The notes under the pieces are model-generated. The model did no database searches. It saw only the letters and a program-made list of their open reading frames with translations, and was not told where the DNA came from. From NCBI GenBank assembly GCA_002269645.1, contig NIVC01000385.1, positions 434,001 to 498,000 of the forward strand: DNA of 64,000 bases. Direction: 5' to 3'. This document shows positions 10,865-23,893 of the stretch, one piece after another. Made by a program: the position numbers and the translations under genes. The DNA comes from Macrostomum lignano (Eukaryota). Within the stretch, counting starts at the first letter, position 1. Every line of letters begins with the position of its first letter.

Positions 10865-13800
10865 TTATGTTTGACATGGTGGCTCTTTAATGTTTGACAT
10901 GGTGGCTCTTTTATGTTGACATGGTGGCTCTTTTATGTTGACATGGTGGCTCTTTTTATGTTTGATACGGTGGCTTTTCAATGTCTGACATGGTGGCTCT
11001 TCTATGTTTGACATGGTGGCTCTTTAATGTTAGAAAAAGTGGCTTTTTATTGTTTGACATGGTGGCTCTTTACTGTTCGAAATGGTGGCTCTTTAATGTT
11101 CGAAATGGTGGCTCTTTTATGTTTGACATGGTGGCTCTTTAATGTTAAACAAAGTGGCTCTTTAATGTTTGACATGATGGCTCTTTTATGTTTGACATGG
11201 TGGCTCTTAAATGTTTGATATGGTGGCTCTTAAATGTTTGAAATGGTGGCTCTTTAATGTTAGACAAAGTGGCTTTTTAATGTTTGACATGGTGGCTCTT
11301 TTATGTTTGACATGGTGGCTCTTTTAGGTTTGACATGGTGGCTCTTTTATGTTTGACATGGTGGCTCTTTAATGTTTGACATGGTGGCTCTTTAATGTTA
11401 GAAAAAGTGGCTTTTTATTGTTTGACATGGTGGCTCTTTTATACTTGACATGGTGGCTCTTTTATGTTCGAAATGGTGGCTCTTTAATGTTTGACATGGT
11501 GGCTCTTTAATGTTAAACAAAGTGGCTCTTTAATGTTTGACATGATGGCTCTTTTATGTTTGACATGGTGGCTCTTAAATGTTTGACATGGTGACTCTTT
11601 TATGTTCGAAATGGTGGCTCTTTAATGTTCGAAATGGTGGCTCTTTAATGTTTGACATGGTGGCTCTTTTAGGTTTGACATTGTGCCTCTTTTATGTTAA
11701 ACAAAGTGGCTTTTTAATGTTTGACATGGTGGCTCTTTTATGTTTGACATGGTGGCTCTTTACTGTTTGAAATGGTGGCTCTTCAATGTTCGAAATGGTG
11801 GCTCTTTTATGTTTGACATGGTGGCTCTTTTAGGTTTGACATTGTGCCTCTTTTATGTTTAACATGGTGGCTCTTTAATGTTTGACATGGTGGCTCTTTA
11901 ATGTTAAACAAAGTGGCTCTTTTATGTTCGAAATGGTGGCTCTTTAATGTTCGAAATGGTGGCTCTCTAATGTTTGACAAAGTGGCTATTTAATGTTCGA
12001 AATGGTGGCTCTTTAAAGTTTGACATAAAGTCACATATATGTTTGACATGGTGGCTCTTAAATGTTTGTCATGGTGGCTCTTTAATGTACTTCATGGTGG
12101 CTCTTTAATATTCTACATGGTGACTCTTTTATGTTCGACATGGTGGCTGTTTTTTGTTCTACATGGTAACTCTTTTATGTTTGACATGGTGGCTCTTTAA
12201 TGTTAAACAAAGTGGCTCTTTAATGTTTGACATTGTGGCTCTTAAATGTTTGACATGGTGGCTCTTTAATGTTAGACAAAGTGGCTTTTTAATGTTTGAC
12301 ATGGTGGCTCTTTTATGTTTGACATGGTGGCTCTTTACTGTTTGAAATGGTGGCTCTTTAATGTTTGAAATGGTGTCTTTTTTATGTTTGACATGGTGGC
12401 TCTTTTAGGTTTGACATGGTGCCTCTTTTATGTTTGACATGGTGGCTCTTTTATGTTCGAAATGGTGGCTCTTTAATGTTCGAAATGGTGGCTCTTTAAT
12501 GTTTGACATGGTGGCTCTTTTAGGTTTGACATTGTGCCTCTTTTATGTTAAACAAAGTGGCTTTTTAATGTTTGACATGGTGGCTCTTTTATGTTTGACA
12601 TGGTGGCTCTTTACTGTTTGAAATGGTGGCTTTTTAATGTTCGAAATGGTGGCTCTTTTATGTTTGACATGGTGGCTCTTTTAGGTTTGACATTGTGCCT
12701 CTTTTATGTTTAACATGGTGGCTCTTTAATGTTTGACATGGTGGCTCTTTAATGTTAAACAAAGTGGCTCTTTTATGTTCGAAATGGTGGCTCTTTAATG
12801 TTCGAAATGGTGGCTCTCTAATGTTTGACAAAGTGGCTATTTAATGTTCGAAATGGTGGCTCTTTAAAGTTTGACATAAAGTCACATATATGTTTGACAT
12901 GGTGGCTCTTAAATGTTTGTCATGGTGGCTCTTTAATGTACTTCATGGTGGCTCTTTAATATTCTACATGGTGACTCTTTTATGTTCGACATGGTGGCTG
13001 TTTTTTGTTCTACATGGTAACTCTTTTATGTTTGACATGGTGGCTCTTTAATGTTAAACAAAGTGGCTCTTTAATGTTTGACATTGTGGCTCTTAAATGT
13101 TTGACATGGTGGCTCTTTAATGTTAGACAAAGTGGCTTTTTAATGTTTGACATGGTGGCTCTTTTATGTTTGACATGGTGGCTCTTTACTGTTTGAAATG
13201 GTGGCTCTTTAATGTTTGAAATGGTGTCTTTTTTATGTTTGACATGGTGGCTCTTTTAGGTTTGACATGGTGCCTCTTTTATGTTTGACATGGTGGCTCT
13301 TTAATGTTTGATATGGTGGCTCTTTAATGTTAAACAAAGTGGCTCTTTAATGTTTGACATGATGGCTCTTTACTGTTTGAAATGGTGGCTCTTAAATGTT
13401 TGAAATGGTGGCTCTTTTAATGTTAGACAAAATGGCTTTTTAATGTTTGACATGGTGGCTCTTTTATACTTGACATGGTGGCTCTTTTATGTTCGAAATG
13501 GTGGCTCTTTAATGTTTGACATGGTGGCTCTTTAATGTTTGACATGATGGCTCTTTACTGTTTGAAATGGTGGCTCTTAAATGTTTGAAATGGTGGCTCT
13601 TTTAATGTTAGACAAAGTGGCTTTTTAATGTTTGACATGGTGGCTCTTTATTGTTTGACATGGTGGCTCTTTAATGTTTGACATGGTGGCTCTTTATTGT
13701 TTGACATGGTGGCTCTTTAATGTTTGACATGATGGCTCTTTACTGTTTGAAATGGTGGCTCTTAAATGTTTGACATTGTGGCTCTTAAATGTTTGAAATG

Positions 13801-14535
13801 GTGGCTCTTTTAATGTTAGACAAAGTGGCTTTTTAATGTTTGACATGGTGGCTCTTTTATGTTTGACATGGTGGCTCTTTATTGTTTGACATGGTGGCTC
13901 TTTAATGGTTAACCTGGTGGCTCTTTTATGTTTGACACGGCGGCTCTCTAATGTTTGACAAAGTGGCTATTTAATGTTCGAAATGGTGGCTCTTTAAAGT
14001 TTGACATAAAGTCACATATATGTTTGACATGGTGGCTCTTAAATGTTTGTCATGGTGGCTCTTTAATGTACTTCATGGTGGCTCTTTAATATTCTACATG
14101 GTGACTCTTTTATGTTCGACATGGTGGCTGTTTTTTGTTCTACATGGTAACTCTTTTATGTTTGATACGGTGGCTTTTTAATGTCTGACATGGTGGCTCC
14201 TCTATGTTTGACATGGTGGCTCTTTAATGTTAAACCTGGTGGCTCTTTTATGTTTGACACGGCGGCTCGCTAATGTTTGACATGGTGGCTCCTAAATGTT
14301 TGACATGGTGGCTCCTAAATGTTTGACATGGTGGCTCTTAAATGTTTGACATGGTGGCTCTTAAATGTTTTGACATGGTGGCTCTTAAATGTTTTGACAT
14401 GGTGGCTCTTAAATGTTTTGACATGGTGGCTCTTAAATGTTTGACGTGGAGTCACATATATGTTTGACATAGTGCTTCTTTTATGTTTGGCATGGTGGCT
14501 CTTTTATGTTTGACATGGTGGCTCTTCTATGTTTG
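10865..14535. repeat. 23-bp minisatellite C, largest array, with 851-bp higher-order duplication
   Basis: Near-identical ORF-track peptides at 11579/12430 and identical ones at 12154/13005, both offset by 851 bp = 37 x 23. Confidence 0.9.
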
Positions 14536-15157
14536 ACATTGCACTTCTATTATGTTTAGCAGTTTTGTGTTTTTTAAGGTGTTTTGATAAAAAAAAATCT
14601 TTTTCTTTTTACACTACTAAGATTCGAACCCAGGTCGCTACGTTAGCATTCTAGTCTGTTCGCATCTTGGCTATCTCTTTTCAATTGGAGAACATGAATT
14701 GTGGCCATTATAATTCAATTCTTACAGCAAGTCAATTGGAGTAAAAAGTTATGACATAATCAATTTCTCAGTCAGCCAGTATCAGTCTCAATTTAAGTTA
14801 GCAATATGGTTACGCAATTTAAATCAAGTCGTGTGTGCATTTCTTCGGTACTGTTTTCAACTTGTTGTGATGCAATCTTTATCACAATCGGAATTCAGTC
14901 AGTCAGTTTTTTCTCTAGCATTCTTACAATGCATTTCAAGTCGAAAATTTTGCTTGACCTTTGCAAAAAAAACATGTTTTTCGAATATTTAATCCCTTTA
15001 TCATTGAGCAATTTCTTAGCCAAGATGCATGTACCGTCCCAGGAAAATTTCTGATCGAATGGTGCAAGTTTGAAGAAAATCGGTTGAGCCATTTTTTCTG
15101 AAATCTATCGCATACCTACCTACCTACCCACAGACAACTCATTTTTAGTATATAGGA

Positions 15158-18100
15158 CTAGCCATTTAGCCCCCCTCTGGGGAGCCTTGAAAATGACACC
15201 AATTGGTTTTTATTTTGGCACAACAGCAACCTTACTATAATTATCCAAAATGTTTATTTTCATTAATCAAAAATTACCTTTTCTCACGTTTGAAAAAATA
15301 AGTTGCCATGAATCAGAACTTTCATTAGCCAAAAAGTTTCCTTCATCAGCCCAAAACCCTTTCTCAATCAGCAAATAGTGCTTATCCGTTCAAGCACAAA
15401 CTCTTAGTGAATATCGTCACTGGCCGGGGCATATTCTGATCCGCAGCAGGAGCTCAAAATGCAAATCCCTGACGGCCTTAGACCCTCTCTGTTTATTAGC
15501 CTAAATCAAAGAATCAAACATTTAATAAATGCGCTGGTATTTCCTATTAGCAGAAATCAGCATCACTTCTGTGTTTTTTTTCATTATCTGAATTACATGA
15601 GCTACTTGAGCCGTACTACCTGACTATCTGACAATCGCCCAATAACCTAGTAACCCCCCCCCCCCAAAATTCAGCCATCGTCCATGAGCCTTTACATATC
15701 AGCAATTCCCCTGTAAGCCTTAACATCTCAGCAATTCCCCCAGTAAGCCTTGGCATATCAGCAATTCCCCCAGTAAGCCTTGAGATCTCAGCAGTTGCCC
15801 CAGTAAGCCTTGAAATCTCAGCTTTCCCCCAGTAAGCATTGAAATCTTAGCAATTCTCAGTAAGACTTGACATCTCAGCATTTCCCCAGTAAGCCTTGAC
15901 ATATCAGCAATTCCCTTAGTAAGCCTTGAGATCTCAGAAATTCCCCCCATAAGCTCTGAGATCTCAGCAATTGCCCCCGGTAAGCCTTGACATCTCAGCA
16001 ATTCCCCCAGTAAGCCTTGACATCTCAGCAGTTATCCCATTAAGCCTCGACATCACAGCAATTAAACTCGAGCCTTGACATCACGCAATTCTCCCAGCGC
16101 AGTAAGCCTTGACATACCAACAACCCAACTCCCTTTTCCCAAGAATTCAGCAATACCCTTATAAGCCTTGATAACTCAGCAATTTCTTTATGAGCATTGT
16201 CAACAGAGCGATTCCACAATGAACTTTGATTATATCTAAACAAGTCTTTAATTAATGGTCACCCTAACCCATAAGTGAGTCTTGGCGTGTTGGCAATTTC
16301 CACCATAAGCCTTGAGCCTCAGCATTAAAGTAACTTCCTCATAAATAAGCTTTGTAATCAGAATTTCACCGAAAGCCTTGACCTGTCAGCAATTCCCCGT
16401 AGTAGAGCCAAAGCATTTAAGTTCCCCCCAAGAGCATTTAATCTTAGCAACTCCTCGATGGATCATTAATGATTGTCACGACGATCGCTCTATAATTGAA
16501 CCAAAACCATAACCCTTGTAGTAGAATTTCAGCAATTCCCCAATGAGCTTTGGAAATGTTAGCAATTTCCCCATGAGCCTGAAAATTGAGTGACTAACCT
16601 TTTGATATCTTGGCACTTGCATTTCAACAATTTATTTCAGCAATTTCACAAATGAAACTTGAAATCAAAGCAATTCTCCCCAGAATGACATAATTATAGC
16701 AATTCCCCCTGAGCCTTGAGATCTTATAAATTCTACCGAGAGTCTTGATATCACAGCAATTTCCCATACCAGCATTATGCTCGTAGCAATAGTCTTAGCA
16801 GTCTTAACAGTCTAAGCAATTCCCGATGAGACTTTTACGTTCGACAGGGCGCTTCATTTATGATTGATATGATGATTCTTGTTCGCTTTTTCTTGCGTTG
16901 CGTTTTTTTCTCTTTAAAAGTTTTTATTAAAAAAATTACAATATTTTACCATAGCTTTCTGCAGTTTAGCAATGGTTTACCAGCATTTTAGCAATGGTTC
17001 ACCAGCAGTTTAGCAATTGTTCACCAGAAGTTTAGCAATGGTTCACCAGCAGTTTAGCAAAGCTTCACCAGCATTTCAGAAATGGTTCACAAGCATTTCA
17101 GCAATGGTTCACCAGCAGTTTAGCAATTGTTCACCAGAAGTTTAGCAATGGTTCACCAGCAGTTTAGCAAAGCTTCACCAGCATTTCAGAAATGGTTCAC
17201 AAGCATTTCAACAATGCTTCACCAGCAGTTTAGCAATGATTCACCAGCACTGTTTTGCACAATCAGTGAGCAGATGGCCACTAATCTTTGCTTATTGCCA
17301 TATTGCTTCTGGATAATCGAAACCATATGAAATGCTTTGTCAACTTGCAGGTTAAAGTTGATTTTTAACCCCCTACATATTTATTATTTTATTTTATACA
17401 TCCGATTAGCACTGCTCTCCCCGATTAGCGCTGCTCTTAAAGCTTAGCGTAGCCCCAGCAAAAGTATCTACAAAATGAAAATGCTAACAATTTGCATGAA
17501 TCCTCATAGGAAACAATGATTATTGTCATAAAGATAAATTCGCTGCTTCACTACAGACTCGAACTGCCGACCTTCTGCTGAAAGCCTTATACTATTCAAG
17601 AAGTTTAGTAACTTCGGCAGTTACTAAAACTTCTAATTCAAGATTCAAGATTTAAACTAAATTCAAGAAGTTTAGTAACTTCGGCAGTTTGAAGTTACCC
17701 CCCCCCCCCAAAAATCGGCAGTTATCTCCACAACATCCTGAAATTAGCTATCACTTCTAATCCCACAAACAGACTGCAGTCATACTCTTAGCAGCCTGCA
17801 GATATCCACTGTGCCGTCTACAACTTTCATTAACATCAGCAAACTACAATACTTCACTCAGCAGTCCGCAGTTATCCACTCAACAACTTGCACTTAATTA
17901 TTCACAGCTATTATCCACTTTAAACTCTGTAGATAGTAATCCCCTCAACAGTTTGCTGTTATGCACTCAAAAGTGTGGAGGAACTACCTCAGCAGTTTGT
18001 TCCATTTTTCCCTTTGCAGTCTGCATTAATGATCCCTTTGACAATCTGCAGTTCCCCTCAGCATCTTCTGTTCTCCTTTCCAATAATCTTCCAATCTTCC

Positions 18101-19397
18101 AATAATCTAAAAATGTGCTCAGCATTTTACGGCTCACTAAACAATGTTCAGTACATATCGGCATTCTTAAAAAGCTCAAAATTTAGCAATACCTTAAAAA
18201 GCAATTTTAACAGCATGGTCTGCAGTTTAATAGCAATTCCATACTTTCATGGTGCGAGGCAGTACTCGTTGATGGGATCAGTAATACACGAAGCAGTTTT
18301 TTTAAATCAAATTTGATAAGTGGCTTGTGCCAAGTAGCAAAAAATTATTTGCTAATTAATAAAAAATTTTGCAATTAAAATTAGTAAAAATATGTTAAAT
18401 TTAGTCGAGTCACAAGCTACAAATGAATGAATTTACTTATTTTAATTATCAACCGGGGAGGCGGACTCGAACCTTGGACCTTACGCCTAGCCTAAACCTA
18501 GTCCTAGTGCCTACACTGCGGCTATTCCGCCTACTGATGGAAGGGCGCAAAAATCAGACATATATGCTTCGGCACTGCAGTCAAATACATAGCAGTGTGC
18601 ACAGTTTTGGTGCTGGCAGAGCCATTGCACAGTTAAGTAAATCTCTCAATTTCAATACTTTTAAAATGCACTGGCTGATTTCTCTCTCCCTCCAGAGTGC
18701 CTGCGCAATGCTTGGCACACTGCCTCCTGCTGAAAAGCTCAGAGTCAGTTTATAGCGAGAATATGCAGTACGCAGTTGTGGCGCAATCATTTAGCATTGG
18801 AATTCAGCCAGTCAAGAATTCAACGCTGCTTGGCCTTCCATTAAAAGCATTTAGATAAACTTGTTAATCAAATATTTAATACCTTGAGCATTGAAGCAGA
18901 TTAAAGAAATTTTAGCTGTCCTCTTTCCAGATAATTACAAAACTTTTGGCGAAAACGCGATCAAAATTGGTCAAGAATTGCAGTCTGTAAAGCGTTACGA
19001 AAAATAGATCTTTGACGCTTAAAGAGCTCGCTGCTAGCCTTCAGAATAATTTTATTTTTTGACCCCTGGTATGGTTGCGCAATTTAAATAGAGTAATTAT
19101 CTGGGCAGTGGGGCCCATGAGTTTTCTGATCAGTTCGCTCTGGCGCAATCATTAAAATTGGCAGTGAAGTTTTTCGCTGATAAAATTTTGCATTGAAAAA
19201 GCCCATTTAAAACAGTTTTTCGAATATTTAATCCCTTAAGCATTGAAGCAGATACAAGAAATTTTAACCATACAATCCCAGGCTGATTACAAATCTTTTG
19301 GCGAAAACGCGATCAAAATTGGTCAAGAAATGAGAGTTCTAGAGCGTTATGGACAAACATACAAACAAACAAACCTTAGAGATTTAGTATATTTAGA
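15158..19397 (-). mobile_element. Helitron-like unit H3 (family B, ~4.2 kb)
   Basis: 3' GCTCCCC-AGA-GGGGGGC..CTAG at 15158; 5' TCTAAATATAC at 19397; near-identical to 30413-34995. Confidence 0.75.
15690..16110. repeat. 30-bp degenerate minisatellite (CAGCAATTCCCCCAGTAAGCCTTGACATCT)
   Basis: 30-bp period; paralog at ~30940-31380; eroded relatives in 1700-2400. Confidence 0.9.
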
Positions 19398-19758
19398 CTA
19401 GCTAACTAGCTAATTAGAGCTGGCTGCCAGCAGCCAGAATAATTTTTTATTGCCCCCCTTTAAGTGGAGCGGAGTGAGTTTTCTTATCAGTTGGCTCTGG
19501 CGCAATCAATTAAAATTGGCAGTGAAGTTTCTGGCTGATAAAATTTGCATTGAAAAAGGCCATTTAAAACAGTTTTTCGAATATTTAATCCCTTTAGCAT
19601 TGAAGCAGATTAAAGAAATTTTAACCGTCTTCTTTCCAGACAATTTTGAATCTTTTGGCGAAAACGCGATCAAAATCGGTGAAGAATTGCAGTCTCTAGA
19701 GCGTTATGGACATTCATTCATTCAAGCATACAAACCTTAGAGATTTAGTATATTTAGA
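19398..19758 (-). mobile_element. Short Helitron-like unit H4 (family C, ~350 bp)
   Basis: Perfect 8-bp-stem hairpin CTGGCTGC-TG-GCAGCCAG near the 3' end; 5' TCTAAATATAC at 19758; second copy at 21003-21355. Confidence 0.7.
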
Positions 19759-21002
19759 AGAAGTCTTGAAAAGCTCAGCATTTAGCAGCATTGTCTGCAG
19801 TTTAGTAATTTCGTACTTTCATGGAGCTAGGCAGTACTCATTGATGGGATCAGTAATACACGAAGCAGTTTTTTAAAATCAAATTTGGTAAGTGGCTTGT
19901 GCCAAGTAGCAAAAATTAATTTGCATTAATAAAAAATGTTGGAATTAAAATTAATAAAAAATATGTTATATTCAGTCGAGTCACAAGCTACAAATGAATG
20001 AATTAATTTGTTTTAATTATCCACCGAGTAGGTGGACTCGAACCTGGGACCTTACGCCTAGCCTAAACCTAGTCCTAGTGCCTACACTGCGGCTATTCCG
20101 CCTACTGATGGAAGGGCGCAAAAATCAGCCATATATGCTTCGACATTGCAGTCAAATACATACCAGTGATAGGCTGCTCAGTGTGCACAGTTTTGGTGCT
20201 GGCAGAGCCATTGCACAGTTAAGTAAATCTCTCAATTTCAATACTTTTAAAATGCACTGGCTGATTTCTCTCTTCCTCCAGAGTGCCTGCGCAATGCTTG
20301 GCACACTGCCTCCTGCTGAAAAGCTCAGAGTCAGTTTATAGCGAGAATATGCAGTACGCAGTTGTGGCGCAATCATTTAGAATTGGAATTCAGCCAGTCA
20401 AGAATTCAACGCTGCTTGGCCTTCCATTAAAAGCATTTAGATAAACTTGTTTTTCGAATATTTAATACCTTTAGCATTGAAGCAGATTAAAGAAATTTTA
20501 ACTGTCCTCTTTCCAGATAATTACAAAACTTTTGGCGAAAACGCGATCAAAATTGGTCAAGAATTGCAGTCTGTAGAGCGTTACGAAAAATAGATCTTTG
20601 ACGCTTAAAGAGCTCGCTGCTAGCCTCCAGAATAATTTTATTTTTGACCCCTGGTATGGTTGCGCAATTTAAATAGAGTAATTATCTGGGCAGTGGGGCC
20701 CATGAGTTTTCTGATCAGTTCGCTCTGGCGCAATCATTAAAATTGGCTGTGAAGTTTTTCGCTGATAAAATTTGCATTGAAAAAGGCCATTTAAAACAGT
20801 TTTTCGAATATTTAATCCCTTTAGCATTGAAGCAGATACAAGAAATTTTAACCATACAATCCCAGGCTGATTACAAATCTTTTGGCGAAAACGCGATCGA
20901 AATCTGTCGAGAATTGCAATCTCTAGAGCGTTATGGACAAGCAAGCAAGCATACAAATATTAGAGATTTAGTATATGTAGATAGAGATTTAGTATATTTA
21001 GA
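19759..21002 (-). mobile_element. 3'-truncated copy of family-B unit (H5)
   Basis: Diverged duplicate of ~18170-19397; retains the 5' TCTAAATATAC terminus (stuttered) but has no 3' hairpin. Confidence 0.65.
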
Positions 21003-21355
21003 AGATTAGAGCTGGCTGCCAGCAGCCAGAATAATTTTTTTATTGCCCCCCTTTAAGTGGAGCGGAGTGAGTTTTCTTATCAGTTGGCTCTGGCGCAATC
21101 AATTAAAATTAGCTGTGAAGTTTCTGGCTGATAAAATTTGCATTGAAAAGGGCCATTTAAAACAGTTTTTCGAATATTTAATCCCTTTAGCATTGAAGCA
21201 GATACAAGAAATTTTAACTGTCTTCTTTCCAGACAATTTTGAATCTTTTGGCGAAAACGCGATGAAAATCGGTGAAGAATTGCAGTCTCTAGAGCGTTAT
21301 GGACATTCAAGCATACAAACAAACAAACAAATATTAGAGATTTAGTATATTTAGA
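21003..21355 (-). mobile_element. Short Helitron-like unit H6 (family C)
   Basis: Near-identical to 19415-19758; hairpin followed by CTAA (a CTRR end). Confidence 0.7.
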
Positions 21356-21362
21356 TAGAAGA

Positions 21363-21554
21363 CTAGAGCGTTATGGACATTCAAGCATACAAACAAACAA
21401 ACAAATATTAGAGATTTAGTATATTTAGATTAGAAAGAAAGTCTCTAGAGCGTTATGGACATTCATTCATTCAAGCATACAAACCTTAGAGATTTAGTAT
21501 ATTTAGACTAGAGCGTTATGGACATACAAACCTTAGAGATTTAGTATATTTAGA
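21363..21554 (-). mobile_element. Stack of three 47-67 bp mini-units (Helitron 5' terminus to first internal CTAG)
   Basis: Units 21363-21429, 21445-21507 and 21508-21554 each read TCTAAATATACTAAATCTCTAA...CCATAACGCT-CTAG on the minus strand. Confidence 0.65.
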
Positions 21555-21563
21555 TTTAGAAGA

Positions 21564-23893
21564 CTAGCAATCTTCGCCCCCCGATGGGGGACATCTAGAT
21601 AGAATCTCTGTTCTCTACAAGTATCAATAAGATGGCCAAACAAAGCCTTCACATAGTCAATAGAAAAACTGCTCAGATGAAGTGCAATGCAAAAAGAAAA
21701 CATCCTAAGACAGCAAGCATCCCCCCAGATAGCAAGCACCCCCAGATACCAAGCACCCCCAGATAGCAAGCACCCCAGATAGAAAGAACCCCCAGATAGC
21801 AAGCACCCCCAGATAGCGAGCACCCCAGATAGCAAGCACCCCCAGATAGCAAGCACCCCAGATAGCAAGCAACCAATTGATAGCAAGTATTGATCCTATA
21901 CTAAATAGCAAGCATCCACTGGACAATAAGTAGCAAGTGCAACAATTTCCTTTGGCATGACGCTTCTTTTTACGTTTGAAATTGCGTCTCCTATGTTTGA
22001 CATTGTGGCTCTTTAATGTTCGACATACTGGCTTTTTACTGTTAGACATGGTGGCTCTTCTATGTTTGACATGGTGGCTCTTCTATTTTTGACATGGTGG
22101 CTCTTTAATGTTCGACATGGTGGTTCTTTAATGTTTGACATGGTGGTTCTTTAATGTTCGACATGGTGGCTCTTTACTGTTAGACATGGTGGCTCTTTTA
22201 GGTTTGACATAATGGCTCTATAATGTTTGACATGGTGGCTCTTTAATGTTCGATATGGTGGCTCTTTTATGTTAGACATGGTGGCTCTTTTAGGTTTGAC
22301 ATGATGGCACTTTTATGTTTTGACATGGCGGCTCTTTAATGTTTGACATGGTGGCTCTTTAATGTTCGATATGGTGGCTCTTTAATTTACGACATGGTGG
22401 CTCTTTACTGTTAAACATGGTGGCTCTTTAATGTTTTACATGGTGGCTCTTTAATGTTTGACATAAAGTCACATATATGTTTGACATGGTGGCTCTTTAA
22501 TGTTCGAAATGGTGGCTCTTCAATGTTCGAAATGGTGGCTCTTCAATGTTTGAAATGGTGGCTCTTTTATGTTTGATATGGTGGCTCTTAAATGTTTGAC
22601 ATGGTGGCTCTTAAATCTTTGACATGGTGGCTTCTAAATGTTTGACATGGTGGCTCTTTAATGTTCTTCATGGTGGCTCTTTAATATTCTACATGGTGGC
22701 TCTTTAATTTTCGATATGGTGGCTCTTTAAATTTCTACATGGTAACTCTTTTATGTTTGATACGGTGGCTTTTTAATGTCTGACATGTTGTCTCTTTTAT
22801 GTTTGACATGGTGGCTCTTTAGTGTTCGACAAAGTGGCTCTTTTATGTTTGACATGGTGGCTCTTTAATGTTCGATATGGTGGCTCTTTAATTTACGACA
22901 TGGTGGCTCTTTACTGTTAAACATGGTGGCTCTTTAATGTTTTACATGGTGGCTCTTTAATGTTTGACATAAAGTCACATATATGTTTGACATGGTGGCT
23001 CTTTAATGTTCGAAATGGTGGCTCTTCAATGTTCGAAATGGTGGCTCTTCAATGTTTGAAATGGTGGCTCTTTTATGTTTGACATGCTGGCTTTTAATTG
23101 TTTGACATGCTGGCTCTTTAATGTTCGAAATGGTGGCTCTTCAATGTTCGAAATGGTGGCTCTTCAATGTTTGAAATGGTGGCTCTTTTATGTTCGACAT
23201 GGTGGCTCTTTTAGGTTTGACATGGTGGCTCTTAAATGTTTGACATGGTGGCTCTTTAATGTTCGATATGTTGGCTCTTCTATGTTCGAAATTGCGCTTC
23301 TTTGATGTTTAGCAGTTTTGTTGTGTTTTTAAGGTGTTTTAATAAAAAAAATCTTTTTGCACTACTAAGATTCGAACCCAGGTCGCTACATTAGCATTCC
23401 AGTCTGTTCGCATCAGGGCTATCTCTTTTCAATTGGAGAACATGAATTGTGGCCCTTATAATTCAATTCTTACAGCAAGTCAATTGGAGTAAAAAGTTAT
23501 GACATAATCATTTTCTCAGTCAGCTAGTATCAGTCTCAATTTAAGTTAGCAATATGGTTACGCAATTTAAATCAAGTCGTGTGTGCATTTCTTCGGCACT
23601 GTTTTCAACTTGTTGTGATGCAATCTTTATCACAATCGGAATTCAGTCAGTCAGTTTTTTCTCTAGCATTCTTACAATGCATTTCAGGTCGAAAGAGCTG
23701 CTTGACCTTTGCAAAAAAAGCATGTTTTTCGAATATTTAATCCCTTTAACATTGAGCAATTTCTTAGCCAAGATGCATGTACCGTCCCAGGAAAATTTCT
23801 GATCGAATGGTGCAAGTTTGAAGAAAATCGGTTGAGCCAATTTTTCTGAAATCTATCGCATACCCACAGACAACTCATTTTTAGTATATAGGA
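21564..23893 (-). mobile_element. Helitron-like unit H7 (family A, 2.3 kb)
   Basis: Hairpin+CTAG at 21564; TCCTATATAC at 23893; module order 18-19mer array, 23mer array, tRNA-like cassette. Confidence 0.75.
21985..23295. repeat. 23-bp minisatellite C array in H7
   Basis: Same monomer as 4692-6180. Confidence 0.95.

Larger units (their letters stand above)
7913..15157 (-). mobile_element. Helitron-like unit H2 (family A; two units fused near 9373)
   Basis: 3' TCCCCC-ATC-GGGGGG..CTAG at 7913; 5' TCCTATATAC at 15157; contains two 18-19 bp arrays and two 23-bp arrays. Confidence 0.75.
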
